A stretch of 64,000 bases of DNA from Acidimicrobiales bacterium. GTDB lineage: Bacteria > Actinomycetota > Acidimicrobiia > Acidimicrobiales > WLNW01. A model generated the notes under the pieces. That model made no database searches, was not told where the DNA came from, and saw only the letters and a program-made list of their open reading frames with translations. The DNA lies in NCBI GenBank assembly GCA_035525225.1, contig DATLFA010000061.1:128180-192179 (forward strand), in the 5' to 3' direction. Positions 13,667 through 22,996 of this stretch are shown here, one piece after another. The number at the start of each line of letters is the position of its first letter. The first letter of the stretch is position 1. Made by a program: the position numbers and the translations under genes.

Positions 13667-13737
13667 GGACCGACCAGACTCGGGGGATTCTCGGGAAACC
13701 CGCTCAAGGCCGCCGCCGGGGAGGTCGATGATCGACT

Positions 13738-14400
13738 ATGTCGACTCTTCTAGAAATCTCGACCAAGCAACTCGCTCCGAGTCTCGGTTCGCTGCTCCAC
13801 GCGCTCCGAACAGGGTCCGGTGAAACGGCAAAGACGGTGAGCCGTCGATGTTCACTCGGCGTCGTCGAGATTGCGCAGCTGGAGCTCGGACGCGCGGAGT
13901 TGAGCGCGGACCAATTGGCCGAAGCGATCGACGCCTACGCGGTGCCGCGCCGGCTCTTTCCACCCGGCCGCTGCGAAGTGCGGGTCGATCTCGGTGCCGG
14001 CTCGGTCTCGGTGCATGTTGCTGACGGGCAGGTCGAAGAGTCGCCGGCGGATCGAATCCTGCTCGCCTATTTCGAATTGATCTGCGCCGACAGTGCGGCT
14101 TCCCTGGCTGCCCCGATTCCATTCACTGCCATGGATCTCGGCGTGTTGCGCGTCGTCCTGGCGAGCCGCCGCGGTGAGGTGACCCAGTATCTCGAGCACC
14201 TTGTCGGTCCTTTCGAAGAACCAACGGCTCTTCCACCGGTCGCGACTCGTCGCACGGCGAGGAACGCAGCGCTGGTGCTTGCGGCCGCAGCTTCGACACT
14301 CGCCGGAGTCATCGGGGTGCAGAGGGCGGACTCGCGGAGCCCTTCACCGGTGGCACCGATCGAAGTACAGATCGTCGACGCAGTGGTGATCACGCGTTGA
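13738..14400 (+). CDS. Hypothetical protein with a possible N-terminal HTH and a C-terminal membrane anchor
   Basis: Track ORF of 220 aa with coding-like third-position GC. TAKTVSRRCSLGVVEIAQLELGRAELSADQLAEAIDAY is loosely XRE-HTH-like. Hydrophobic segment AALVLAAAASTLAGVIGV near the C-terminus. Confidence 0.5.
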   Translation: MSTLLEISTKQLAPSLGSLLHALRTGSGETAKTVSRRCSLGVVEIAQLELGRAELSADQLAEAIDAYAVPRRLFPPGRCEVRVDLGAGSVSVHVADGQVEESPADRILLAYFELICADSAASLAAPIPFTAMDLGVLRVVLASRRGEVTQYLEHLVGPFEEPTALPPVATRRTARNAALVLAAAASTLAGVIGVQRADSRSPSPVAPIEVQIVDAVVITR

Positions 14401-14861
14401 GAGAACCAAGCGAAGGACTCCGAATGACCTCAATCCCGTCCATCCCGGCGACGCGGTTCCGCCAGCCCCTCGACGTGATCGTGGCCGACGACGAGGCTGC
14501 GGACAACCTGCTACTCGCCCTCGCCGCACAGGATGCCGAGGTAGAGATGAACTTCACCTTTGCCGAGGACGGCGAGGAACTCATGCAGCTACTGACCGAG
14601 CGAGTCGCCGCGGGCAATGTTCCCGACGTTGTCGTCCTCGATATCCGCATGCCTCGCTGCACGGGACTCGAGGCGATGCAGTTGATCTCGTTGTCCGAGT
14701 CACTGCGCCGCATACCCGTGGTCATGTTCACGACCTCGCGCCGCACCGCCGATATGGAACTCGGTTTGAGCCTCGGCGTCACCCGTTTCGAGATCAAGCC
14801 CAGCTCATATCCCGAGCTGGTCGCGTTCGCCAACGATCTCGTGAGCGTGGCTCGCGGTTGA
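14397..14861 (+). CDS. Stand-alone response-regulator receiver protein
   Basis: Track ORF of 154 aa. TTG 14397 overlaps the upstream stop (TTGA); an alternative ATG at 14424 lies after GAAGGA. Motifs VIVADDEAADN...VVVLDIRMPRCTG...FEIKP. Confidence 0.8.
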   Translation: MREPSEGLRMTSIPSIPATRFRQPLDVIVADDEAADNLLLALAAQDAEVEMNFTFAEDGEELMQLLTERVAAGNVPDVVVLDIRMPRCTGLEAMQLISLSESLRRIPVVMFTTSRRTADMELGLSLGVTRFEIKPSSYPELVAFANDLVSVARG

Positions 14862-14974
14862 CCGGCCCGGCCGCTCTCTGGAGTGGCCGCACGTTCAACG
14901 CGGAGTGCCGCCGAGGATCACTTCCTTCGGCCGACGCCCGGCTGACCATGAGGTCGCGCTCGAGATTCCGTCGT

Positions 14975-15592
14975 TCACAGCGCCATGCAGCGCGTGACGA
15001 AACCCTCGAGGGCATCGGGATTCGCGCGGATGTGCAGATTGTCGTCGTCATCTTTCGTGATGTCGAGTGACGGGCAGAACTCGCTGATTCCGCCGCAGAC
15101 GAAATGGGGCGAGCCTTTGACACCGCGGCGCTGACCCTCGCGCCAGTCTGCGAGGACCGACTCGTGGTCGTTCGGTGTTGCGACACCGACGTCATGCGCG
15201 AGCGCGATCGATGCGAGCACCTGCGAATCGCCTATGTCGCGCCCCTCTTCGAAGATCGCATCACGCAACGCCAGGCTCACCTGCTCACCCGTGCGGGTGT
15301 CCCGCCGATACGCAGCAGCCGCGAGTGCAAGGGCGGGCAGCGAAGTGCGGGGGAATCGATGCTCCGCGAAACCGACGAACAAGCCGGCCGCCACTTGGTC
15401 CCTCAGAGCAGCGACTTCGTGCGCAACTTCATGCGGGTCGAGCGGCTTCGAGTTGACGAGCTCCAACGGCCACGCGCGTATCCACAGGTCTACGTCTTCA
15501 CGACCGAGTTCGCGTCGACGCGCCACCAAGGCGCGGATACCGACATGTGCGAAGGGGCACCAGACATCGGCGAAGATCTCGATTGTGGACAT
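14975..15592 (-). CDS. DsbA-like thioredoxin-fold protein (single-Cys CPFA motif)
   Basis: Track ORF of 205 aa. N-terminal IEIFADVWCPFAHVG is in the DsbA/FrnE-like position; C-terminal GVKGSPHFV is typical of the fold. Confidence 0.7.
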   Translation of the reverse strand: MSTIEIFADVWCPFAHVGIRALVARRRELGREDVDLWIRAWPLELVNSKPLDPHEVAHEVAALRDQVAAGLFVGFAEHRFPRTSLPALALAAAAYRRDTRTGEQVSLALRDAIFEEGRDIGDSQVLASIALAHDVGVATPNDHESVLADWREGQRRGVKGSPHFVCGGISEFCPSLDITKDDDDNLHIRANPDALEGFVTRCMAL

Positions 15593-15656
15593 GAGTCGAG
15601 CCTAATGAAAACCTAGGGGCTGCACCTGGCACGGGTGTACGTGTTGTACTTGTGTC

Positions 15657-18600
15657 GTGGCGATCACGGAGCCCTTCGACGACGAGCTGATCGAACGAGC
15701 CGAAGAGTTCGCGCGCGACATCAGCGTCCTCGCCACACGCGCGACGACCTGGGCGGATCGCGTTTGGCAACGACGCATCGCGCGCTTGCTCGATGACCCC
15801 GCGAGCCGATCGTTTCTGTTGGCGCTCACCGACGAAGTGGTGCGCATCCCCGATAGAAGGCGCGCGGCCGAGCGACTGCACGACATCGTCACCGGTCGCC
15901 CTGCGCCGGCGGTGGCAGGCCCGATCGACCGCCTATTGTTGCGTGTGGGGGCGAGCCTCGCGCCGCGGTTCCCGCGTCTGGTCATGCCACTCACGATGGT
16001 GCGGCTGCGGCGGGCGTTCACCGGCATCGTGCTGCCGGCCGAGCCGGCTCCTTTCGCCCGTCACGTTCGCCGACGTCGCTCACAAGGCATTCGCCTCAAC
16101 CTGAACGTCCTCGGGGAAGCAGTACTCGGACACGACGAGGCGCTTCGACGCGAGCAGTCGATCCGGGAGCAACTGTCGTTCGGTCACGTCGACTACGTGT
16201 CGGTGAAGATCTCGGCACTGTGCGCGCAACTCGACGTCGCCGCGTTCGACCATTCCGTCGAACGCATCGTCGCCCGCCTCGAGCCGCTGTTGACCATGGC
16301 CGCCCAGCACCAGCCCCCGAAATTCGTCAACCTCGACATGGAGGAGTTCCACGACCTCGAATTGACGGTCGCGGCCTTCACGAGGTCGTTGTCGTCTGCG
16401 TCGCTCGAACACGTGGACGCTGGCATCGTGTTGCAGGCGTACCTGCCCGACTCCCACGCGGCATTGGAGGCGCTGTGCGCGTGGGCTCGTGATCGTCACC
16501 GCCGTGCCGGCGGCGCGATCAAAGTACGTCTCGTCAAGGGCGCCAACCTGGCGATGGAAAAGGTCGAAGCAGAGCTTCGGGGTTGGCCGCAGGCGCCGTT
16601 CCGAACCAAGGCAGAAGTCGACGCGAGCTACAAGCGACTGCTCGACATCGCGCTGCGGCCCGAGAACACCGGCGCCGTGCGCGTCGGCGTCGCCAGTCAC
16701 AACTTGTTCGATGTCGGTTGGGCGCTTGCCCGCCGAGAGCAACTGACCGAGCCCCGGCGCATCGAGATCGAGATGCTCGAAGGCATGGCCAACCCGCAGG
16801 CCGTGGCCACCGGGCAAGTGGCCGGCGGGCTGTTGCTCTACGCGCCTGTTGTGCATCGCGACGACTTCGCTTCGGCAGTCGCCTATCTCGTGCGCCGGCT
16901 CGACGAGAACACCTCGCCGGAGAATTTCTTGCGTCACCTGTTCACCCTCATGCCAGGCAATGCGCAGTGGGAGATCGAACGGCAACGGTTCCGTGCCGCG
17001 GTGCGGGATCGCCACGACCTCGACACCCGGTCGCGGCGAGCATCGGTAGAGCACGTGGCGGCCCCCGACGAAGTTCGCTTCGTCAACGAACCCGACACAG
17101 ACTTTGCGGTCAAGGTCGCGCGCGACGCGATCGTCGAGTCGCTGCGCGCGTTCGCGCGGCCTCGCGACGGTGTGCCGATCGTGATCGGAGGACAGCCGAT
17201 CGCCGCGCCCGCCACGGGCTCCGCGCGTGATCCATCCGACCCCGCCGAGGTGCGGTACGAGTATGTCGAAGCAACGAGCGCGCATGTTGCCGCCGCGGTC
17301 GAGGTTGCGCGGCACGGGGCATCCGCGTGGGCCACTCGTTCCGGCGCCGAACGCCGCAAAGTCTTGCGCGCGATCGCAACGGTGATGGCCGCGCAGCGAG
17401 AAGGCACCATCGCGACGATGGCGCATGATGCGGGTCGCACCATTCGCGAAGCCGACGCTGAGGTGTCGGAAGCCATCGACTTCGCTCGCTACTACGGCGA
17501 CAGCGCGTCAGATCTCGATCGAGTCGCGACGACGCGCGGCCTGCGCTTCGCACCATACGGCGTCGTGGTCGTGGCCTCGCCGTGGAACTTTCCGTACTCG
17601 ATCCCCGCCGGCGGGGTGCTTGCGTCGCTTGCCGCAGGCAATGCAGTCATCCTCAAACCTGCGCCCGAGTCGGTACTCACGGCATACGTGCTCGCACAGC
17701 AATGCTGGCAGGCCGGCGTGCCCCCTGACGCGCTGCAGTTCGTGGCCACGGCGGACGACGACGTCGGCCGTTCGCTCATCACCCATGACGGCGTCGATGC
17801 GGTCATCCTCACCGGCTCGCTCGAGACGGCGCTCATGTTCCTCGACTGGAAGCCCGGCCTCGCGCTCCATGCGGAGACGAGCGGCAAGAATGCGATGGTC
17901 ATCACCGCCGCTGCCGACATCGACGACGCGTTGCGCGATCTCGTGCGTTCTGCCTTCGGTCACGCGGGTCAGAAGTGCTCTGCCGCGAGCCTCGCGATCG
18001 TCGAGGGGCCGCTCTATGACAGCGCGTCGTTTCGGGCTCGGCTGGCCGATTGCGTTCGCACCCTGCGCGTCGGCGCCGCCTGGGACCCGGCGACGCAGGT
18101 GAACCCGCTGATCCGCCCGCCATCGGGGTCGCTCGAGCGGGCGCTCTCGGCGCTCGATGACGGTGAGACGTGGCTCGTCGAGCCACAGCAACAGGGGAGC
18201 CGGCAACTCTGGACGCCGGGCGTCAAGCTGGGCGTACGCCGAGGGAGTTTCTTTCATCGAACGGAGTGTTTCGGTCCGGTGCTCGGCGTGATGCGCGCCG
18301 ACGATCTCGACCATGCGATCGCGCTGCAGAACGATGTCATGTTCGGTTTGACCGGCGGCATCTGCAGCCTCGATCCCGCCGAGATCGAGCGCTGGCTCGA
18401 GCGTGTCGAGGTCGGCAACGCCTACGTCAACCGTGGCATCACGGGTGCAATGGTCGGTCGCCAGCCCTTCGGTGGGTGGAAGGGATCGTCGATCGGGCCC
18501 GGGGCCAAAGCGGGCGGACCGAACTATGTGGGCTCGCTGGGGTGTTGGCGGGCGGTGGCTGCGGCCGATGTGGCGACTGTTGCCGGCGCGGCAGCGGCAC

Positions 18601-19019
18601 GATGGCGCGAACTGGCTACCGGGGTCGACCCGACGGGTTTGCGAGCCGAGCAGAACCTGTTTCGGCTGCGCCGCCTCCCGGCCACGGTCGTGGTGCGCGT
18701 TGCCGAGGGTGTCGACGAGACCGATATCGCCGTCGCTAACGCGGTGGCCGCGGTCGCCGGCGTAGCAGTCCAGTGGTCTTCGAGCGATGAGGACGACGAC
18801 GTGTTCGTGGTACGAATGGCACACGCGGCGCCCTCGAAGGTGCGACTGCTCGGTTCGCACGCGCCCGCGCTTCTACGGGCGTTGCATCGCGCGGGCGTGT
18901 TGGTCGATGCGACGCCGGTCGTCGCCGACGGTGAGCTCGAGTTGCTGCGGTGGACCCGGGAACAATCCGTAAGTCGCACGCTGCACCGCCACGGCAACGT
19001 CGTCGCCCGCGTGGAGTGA
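15657..19019 (+). CDS. putA: Bifunctional proline dehydrogenase / L-glutamate-gamma-semialdehyde dehydrogenase
   Basis: Track ORF of 1120 aa. Proline dehydrogenase motifs (VSVKISAL, LDMEE, VGVASHNLFDV, EMLEGMA) are followed by aldehyde dehydrogenase motifs (WNFPYSIP, ETSGKNAMVI, GQKCSAAS). No N-terminal RHH DNA-binding domain is evident. Confidence 0.9.
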   Translation: MAITEPFDDELIERAEEFARDISVLATRATTWADRVWQRRIARLLDDPASRSFLLALTDEVVRIPDRRRAAERLHDIVTGRPAPAVAGPIDRLLLRVGASLAPRFPRLVMPLTMVRLRRAFTGIVLPAEPAPFARHVRRRRSQGIRLNLNVLGEAVLGHDEALRREQSIREQLSFGHVDYVSVKISALCAQLDVAAFDHSVERIVARLEPLLTMAAQHQPPKFVNLDMEEFHDLELTVAAFTRSLSSASLEHVDAGIVLQAYLPDSHAALEALCAWARDRHRRAGGAIKVRLVKGANLAMEKVEAELRGWPQAPFRTKAEVDASYKRLLDIALRPENTGAVRVGVASHNLFDVGWALARREQLTEPRRIEIEMLEGMANPQAVATGQVAGGLLLYAPVVHRDDFASAVAYLVRRLDENTSPENFLRHLFTLMPGNAQWEIERQRFRAAVRDRHDLDTRSRRASVEHVAAPDEVRFVNEPDTDFAVKVARDAIVESLRAFARPRDGVPIVIGGQPIAAPATGSARDPSDPAEVRYEYVEATSAHVAAAVEVARHGASAWATRSGAERRKVLRAIATVMAAQREGTIATMAHDAGRTIREADAEVSEAIDFARYYGDSASDLDRVATTRGLRFAPYGVVVVASPWNFPYSIPAGGVLASLAAGNAVILKPAPESVLTAYVLAQQCWQAGVPPDALQFVATADDDVGRSLITHDGVDAVILTGSLETALMFLDWKPGLALHAETSGKNAMVITAAADIDDALRDLVRSAFGHAGQKCSAASLAIVEGPLYDSASFRARLADCVRTLRVGAAWDPATQVNPLIRPPSGSLERALSALDDGETWLVEPQQQGSRQLWTPGVKLGVRRGSFFHRTECFGPVLGVMRADDLDHAIALQNDVMFGLTGGICSLDPAEIERWLERVEVGNAYVNRGITGAMVGRQPFGGWKGSSIGPGAKAGGPNYVGSLGCWRAVAAADVATVAGAAAARWRELATGVDPTGLRAEQNLFRLRRLPATVVVRVAEGVDETDIAVANAVAAVAGVAVQWSSSDEDDDVFVVRMAHAAPSKVRLLGSHAPALLRALHRAGVLVDATPVVADGELELLRWTREQSVSRTLHRHGNVVARVE

Positions 19020-19032
19020 TAGACCGCCGGCC

Positions 19033-19851
19033 ATGCACTTTGGTCTCGATATCGCACAGCAGCGGGCGCCGTGGCCCGAGATCGCGGATCGCGCGCGCTT
19101 CGCCGATGCGCTCGGGTTCACCAGCATCTGGGGATTCGATCACTTCCAGCCAATGTACGGCCAAGGCCCCGGCGAGTGCTTCGAGGGCAATACGACCCTC
19201 GCCGCCTGGAGCGGCATCACGACGCGGGCGCGGCTCGGCCTGTTGGTCACCGGTATGACCTATCGCCATCCGTCGGTGTTCGCGGCCGAGGCCATCACCA
19301 TCGACCACGCGTCGGGCGGACGCTACGAGTTGGCATATGGCGCGGCGTGGTTCGACAAGGAGCATCGCGAGCTCGGCATACCCTTCCCCCCGCTACGCGA
19401 TCGCATCGACGCGTTCGAAGAAGCGGTGCAGATCGTGCGCGGCTTGCTGACGACCGATCGCTTCACTTTTGAAGGCCGTCATTACCAGGTGCGCGAGGCG
19501 ACGTTGTTGCCTCGGCCGGTGCAGCAGCCGCATCCGCCGATTTGGATTGGCGCGTCGGGCGAGCGACGGATGATGCCGATCGCGGCTCGCTATGCCGACG
19601 TCTGGCATTGCTTCGGCGGGCCCGACGACCTCGCACCCAAGTCGGCCCGCCTCGATCGCATGGCCGAGGCGGCAGGGCGAGACCCGGCGAGCATCCGGCG
19701 CGCGGCCTCGTTGTCGCTCGATGGCGACGACGACGATGTGGCCCGCCGCGTCGACGAGTGGAGAGCGGTGGGTTTCGGCACGCTGATCTGCGGCTGGCCC
19801 GGCGCGGGGCGTCCGCGCATCGAGAAGTTCGCCGAGCGGTTCCTCACGTAA
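19033..19851 (+). CDS. LLM-class (luciferase-like) F420-dependent oxidoreductase
   Basis: Track ORF of 272 aa. FTSIWGFDHF and GGRYELAYGAAWFDKEHRELGIPFP are typical of the luciferase-like monooxygenase fold. Confidence 0.75.
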   Translation: MHFGLDIAQQRAPWPEIADRARFADALGFTSIWGFDHFQPMYGQGPGECFEGNTTLAAWSGITTRARLGLLVTGMTYRHPSVFAAEAITIDHASGGRYELAYGAAWFDKEHRELGIPFPPLRDRIDAFEEAVQIVRGLLTTDRFTFEGRHYQVREATLLPRPVQQPHPPIWIGASGERRMMPIAARYADVWHCFGGPDDLAPKSARLDRMAEAAGRDPASIRRAASLSLDGDDDDVARRVDEWRAVGFGTLICGWPGAGRPRIEKFAERFLT

Positions 19852-19856
19852 AGAGC

Positions 19857-19879
19857 GGGGTTCGCGCGGTGGCGACCCC
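19857..19879 (+). terminator. GC-rich hairpin 6 nt after the oxidoreductase stop (candidate terminator, no U-tract)
   Basis: GGGGTTCGC-GCGGTG-GCGACCCC gives an 8-bp stem with one bulge and a 6-nt loop. It lies between the TAA at 19849-19851 and the hisS start at 19894. Confidence 0.35.
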
Positions 19880-19893
19880 TATCCTGGCTGGCC

Positions 19894-21168
19894 GTGGCTG
19901 AACCGAGCGTCGACTATTCGCGGCCCAAGGGCACGCGCGACATCCTGCCGCCCGAGTCGCAGCGCTGGCGCGGGCTCGTCGGTGTCTTCGCGGACGTCGT
20001 CGAAACCGCCGGCTACGGCCACGTCGTGCCCCCCATGTTCGAGCACGTCGAGGTCTTCCACCGCATCGGTGAGGCCACCGACGTCGTGGCCAAAGAGATG
20101 TACGAACTGACCGACCGCGGCGGGCGCCGACTCGCGCTGCGCCCCGAGCAGACGGCGTCGGTCGTGCGCATGTTCGTCGAGAACCGCCCGAACGTGCCGT
20201 GGAAGGTCTGGTACGCCGGGCCCAACTTCCGCGCCGAGAACGTACAAAAAGGTCGCTACCGGCAGTTCGATCAAGTGGGCATCGAGGTGTTGGGTGTCGA
20301 CGATCCGTACCTCGATGTCGAGGTCATCGCGCTGGCGTGGCGGTTCTACGAGCGACTCGGGCTGACGCAGGTGCGTCTGGTGCTCAACTCGCTCGGCGCC
20401 GCCGGCGATCGCGGCCGCTATACCGAAGCGTTGCGCGAGTACTTCGGCCGTCACCTCGACGCGCTGTCGAGCGAGTCGCGCGAAACGCTGAACCGCAACC
20501 CGTTGCGCGTGCTCGATTCGAAGCGCGAAGTCGACCGCGAGATCGTCGTCGGCGCCCCGCGCCTTCGCGACTTCCTTTCACCCGACGCGGCTGCCGACTT
20601 CGAGACGGTGCAAGAGGGACTGCGGGCCCTCTCGATTCCATTCGACGTCGACGAACGCTTGGTGCGCGGGCTCGACTACTACCGCAAGACCACGTTCGAG
20701 TTTGGCGCCGGCGCGCTCGATGCCGCGCAAAACGCGGTCGGAGGTGGTGGCCGCTACGACGGGCTCGTCGAGGAGATGGGTGGTCCGCCGACCCCCGGCG
20801 TGGGCTTCGCAATCGGCGTCGATCGCACGTTGTTGGCATGCGACGCCGAAGGTGCCTTTGCTGCACCGGTGGCTGGTGTCGATGTCTTCGTCGTCGACAC
20901 CACCGGCGGGCGGCACGCGTCCGCGCTCACCGACGAGCTCTGGCGCGCCGGCATCAGAGCCGACCGCGCGTACGAGAACCGTTCGATGAAGGCACAGATG
21001 AAGGTGGCCGATCGTTCCGGAGCCGCGGTCGCCTTGATCGTCGGCGGCGACGAAGCCGAAGCGGGCGTCGTCACGGTCCGGCCGTTGCGCCGCCGCGAAG
21101 GCGAAACTGCCGCACAACGCCAGATCGCGCGGGCCGAAGTCATAGTCGAACTGAAGAGGACACTGTGA
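19894..21168 (+). CDS. hisS: Histidine--tRNA ligase
   Basis: Track ORF of 424 aa. PKGTRDILP, LRPEQTASVVR, FRAENVQKGRYRQFDQVG and GGGRYDGL are class II HisRS motifs. Confidence 0.95.
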   Translation: MAEPSVDYSRPKGTRDILPPESQRWRGLVGVFADVVETAGYGHVVPPMFEHVEVFHRIGEATDVVAKEMYELTDRGGRRLALRPEQTASVVRMFVENRPNVPWKVWYAGPNFRAENVQKGRYRQFDQVGIEVLGVDDPYLDVEVIALAWRFYERLGLTQVRLVLNSLGAAGDRGRYTEALREYFGRHLDALSSESRETLNRNPLRVLDSKREVDREIVVGAPRLRDFLSPDAAADFETVQEGLRALSIPFDVDERLVRGLDYYRKTTFEFGAGALDAAQNAVGGGGRYDGLVEEMGGPPTPGVGFAIGVDRTLLACDAEGAFAAPVAGVDVFVVDTTGGRHASALTDELWRAGIRADRAYENRSMKAQMKVADRSGAAVALIVGGDEAEAGVVTVRPLRRREGETAAQRQIARAEVIVELKRTL

Positions 21169-21211
21169 AGAGGGCACTGTGATTAGGACATCCGTGAAGA
21201 GGACATCGTGA
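21155..21211. repeat. Four tandem 14-15 nt units (AGAGGACAYYGTGA) bridging the hisS stop and the aspS start
   Basis: Units at 21155-21168, 21169-21182, 21183-21197 and 21198-21211. Each ends in GTGA. The first GTGA contains the hisS stop and the last contains the aspS start. Confidence 0.9.
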
Positions 21212-22974
21212 AGAGCTCTCGTATCACGCTTTCGCGCAGCACGTCGTTGCGAACCGACATGTGCGGTGAGCTGCGCGCTGCCGATGCGGGTCGCTCTGTC
21301 ACCGTGTGCGGCTGGGTATATCGCCGCCGCGAGCACAGCGAGCATCTGGCATTCGTCGACGTACGCGACCACACCGGCATCGTGCAGTGCGTCGTCGATG
21401 GCGCACGTGAGCTCCGCGGCGAGTATGTCGTGCGCATCAGGGGCACGGTGGCCCTGCGTCCCGCCGAGAACATCAACGACAAACTGGCGACGGGGGAGAT
21501 CGAGATCCACGATTGCACGGTCGAGGTGCTCTCCGCCGCAGAGACGCCACCGTTCACGATCGACGACCGCACCGACCAGGTCGATGAGAACGTCCGACTC
21601 CGTTATCGCTACCTCGACCTCCGACGCGACCGCATGCAGCGCAACCTGAGAATCCGGGCGGCCGTCAACAGCGCGATCCGGTCTGCGATGGAGCGGCAGG
21701 GCTTCGTCGAAGTCGAAACTCCCATGCTGATGCCATCGACCCCGGAGGGCGCTCGCGAGTTCCTCGTACCGTCGCGCAAGGAACCAGGCTCGTTCTACGC
21801 ACTCCCACAGTCGCCGCAACTCTTCAAGCAATTGTTGATGGTCGGTGGATTCGATCGCTATTTCCAGATCGCGCGGTGCTTGCGCGACGAGGATCTGCGT
21901 GCCGACCGGCAGTACGAGTTCATGCAACTCGATGCCGAGATGAGCTTCGTCGATCAGGACGATGTGCTCGAAGCGATCAGCGAAGCAGTGCTCGACGCGG
22001 CCCAGGTGACCATCGGTGAGCGCCCCGACGTGATCCCGCGCATGACCTGGCACGACGCCATGGATCGATTCGGCGTCGACAAGCCCGACCTCCGCTTCGG
22101 GATGGAACTCGTCGAGCTCACCCCGATGTTCGCCGCGACGTCGTTCAAGGCGTTCGCCGGGGCGGCGGCGATCAAGGCCATCCGCCACGCCGGGGCATCG
22201 TCGACGACGTCACGCAACCAGCTCGACGCGCTCACCGATCGCGCGAAGAAGATCGGTGCCAAGGGTCTCGTATGGATGCGTGTCGGCGACGAACGGGTCC
22301 TCGATTCGCCGGTCGCCAAGTTCCTCTCCGACGACGAAAAGTCGGCGATCGTCGCGGCGACCGATGCGCAGCCGGGCGACATGTTGTATCTCGTCGCCGA
22401 CGAATGGGCAATGACGTGTGACGTGCTCGGGCAACTGCGCAACGACCTGGGTCGCCCGCCCGTGCATCAAGGTCCGTACCGCTACGTGTGGATCGTCGAC
22501 TTCCCGATGTTCGTCGGCGTCGATGCGGTGACCGGCATCCCCAAACCGGCACACCATCCGTTCACCCGCCCGCATCCCGATGACATCAACCGCCTCGAGA
22601 GCGATCCCATGTCCGTGCGATCACGGGCCTACGACTTGGTGCTCAACGGCTGGGAGTTGGGCTCGGGTTCGATCCGTATCCACGAGCCCGAGTTGCAACA
22701 ACGCATCTTCAACCTGTTGGGCATCGCCCCCGACGAAGCGATGAAGCGATTCGGCTTCTTCCTCACGCCGTTCCGCTATGGCGCGCCGCCCCACGGCGGG
22801 TTCGCGTTCGGCATCGATCGCCTGGTGGCAATCCTCGCGGGTGAAGACAACATCCGTGAGGTCATCGCGTTCCCCAAGACGCAATCGGGCACCGATCCGA
22901 TGACCAACTCGCCGACGCCGGTCGACCCCAAGCAGTTGGCCGAACTGGGCTTGCGCGTCATCCCTCGCGCGTAG
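21208..22974 (+). CDS. aspS: Aspartate--tRNA ligase
   Basis: Track ORF of 588 aa with a GTG start. LAFVDVRDHTGIVQ (OB fold), FYALPQSPQLFKQLLMV, FQIARCLRDEDLRADRQ and GGFAFGIDRLV are class IIb AspRS motifs. Confidence 0.95.
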   Translation: MKSSRITLSRSTSLRTDMCGELRAADAGRSVTVCGWVYRRREHSEHLAFVDVRDHTGIVQCVVDGARELRGEYVVRIRGTVALRPAENINDKLATGEIEIHDCTVEVLSAAETPPFTIDDRTDQVDENVRLRYRYLDLRRDRMQRNLRIRAAVNSAIRSAMERQGFVEVETPMLMPSTPEGAREFLVPSRKEPGSFYALPQSPQLFKQLLMVGGFDRYFQIARCLRDEDLRADRQYEFMQLDAEMSFVDQDDVLEAISEAVLDAAQVTIGERPDVIPRMTWHDAMDRFGVDKPDLRFGMELVELTPMFAATSFKAFAGAAAIKAIRHAGASSTTSRNQLDALTDRAKKIGAKGLVWMRVGDERVLDSPVAKFLSDDEKSAIVAATDAQPGDMLYLVADEWAMTCDVLGQLRNDLGRPPVHQGPYRYVWIVDFPMFVGVDAVTGIPKPAHHPFTRPHPDDINRLESDPMSVRSRAYDLVLNGWELGSGSIRIHEPELQQRIFNLLGIAPDEAMKRFGFFLTPFRYGAPPHGGFAFGIDRLVAILAGEDNIREVIAFPKTQSGTDPMTNSPTPVDPKQLAELGLRVIPRA

Positions 22975-22978
22975 CGGC

Positions 22979-22996
22979 GTTCGCTCGAGAGCGAAC
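22979..22996. terminator. Hairpin between convergent aspS and a hypothetical gene (candidate bidirectional terminator)
   Basis: GTTCGCT-CGAG-AGCGAAC gives a 7-bp perfect stem. It sits 5 nt after the aspS stop and abuts the stop of the minus-strand gene. Confidence 0.4.

Noticed and set aside
13690-13720. A possible reverse-strand R2 copy (CCCGCTCAAGGCCGCCGCCGGGG) after the HPt gene.
   Set aside because: It matches the R2 reverse complement only with several indels, so it cannot be told apart from generic GC-rich sequence by eye.
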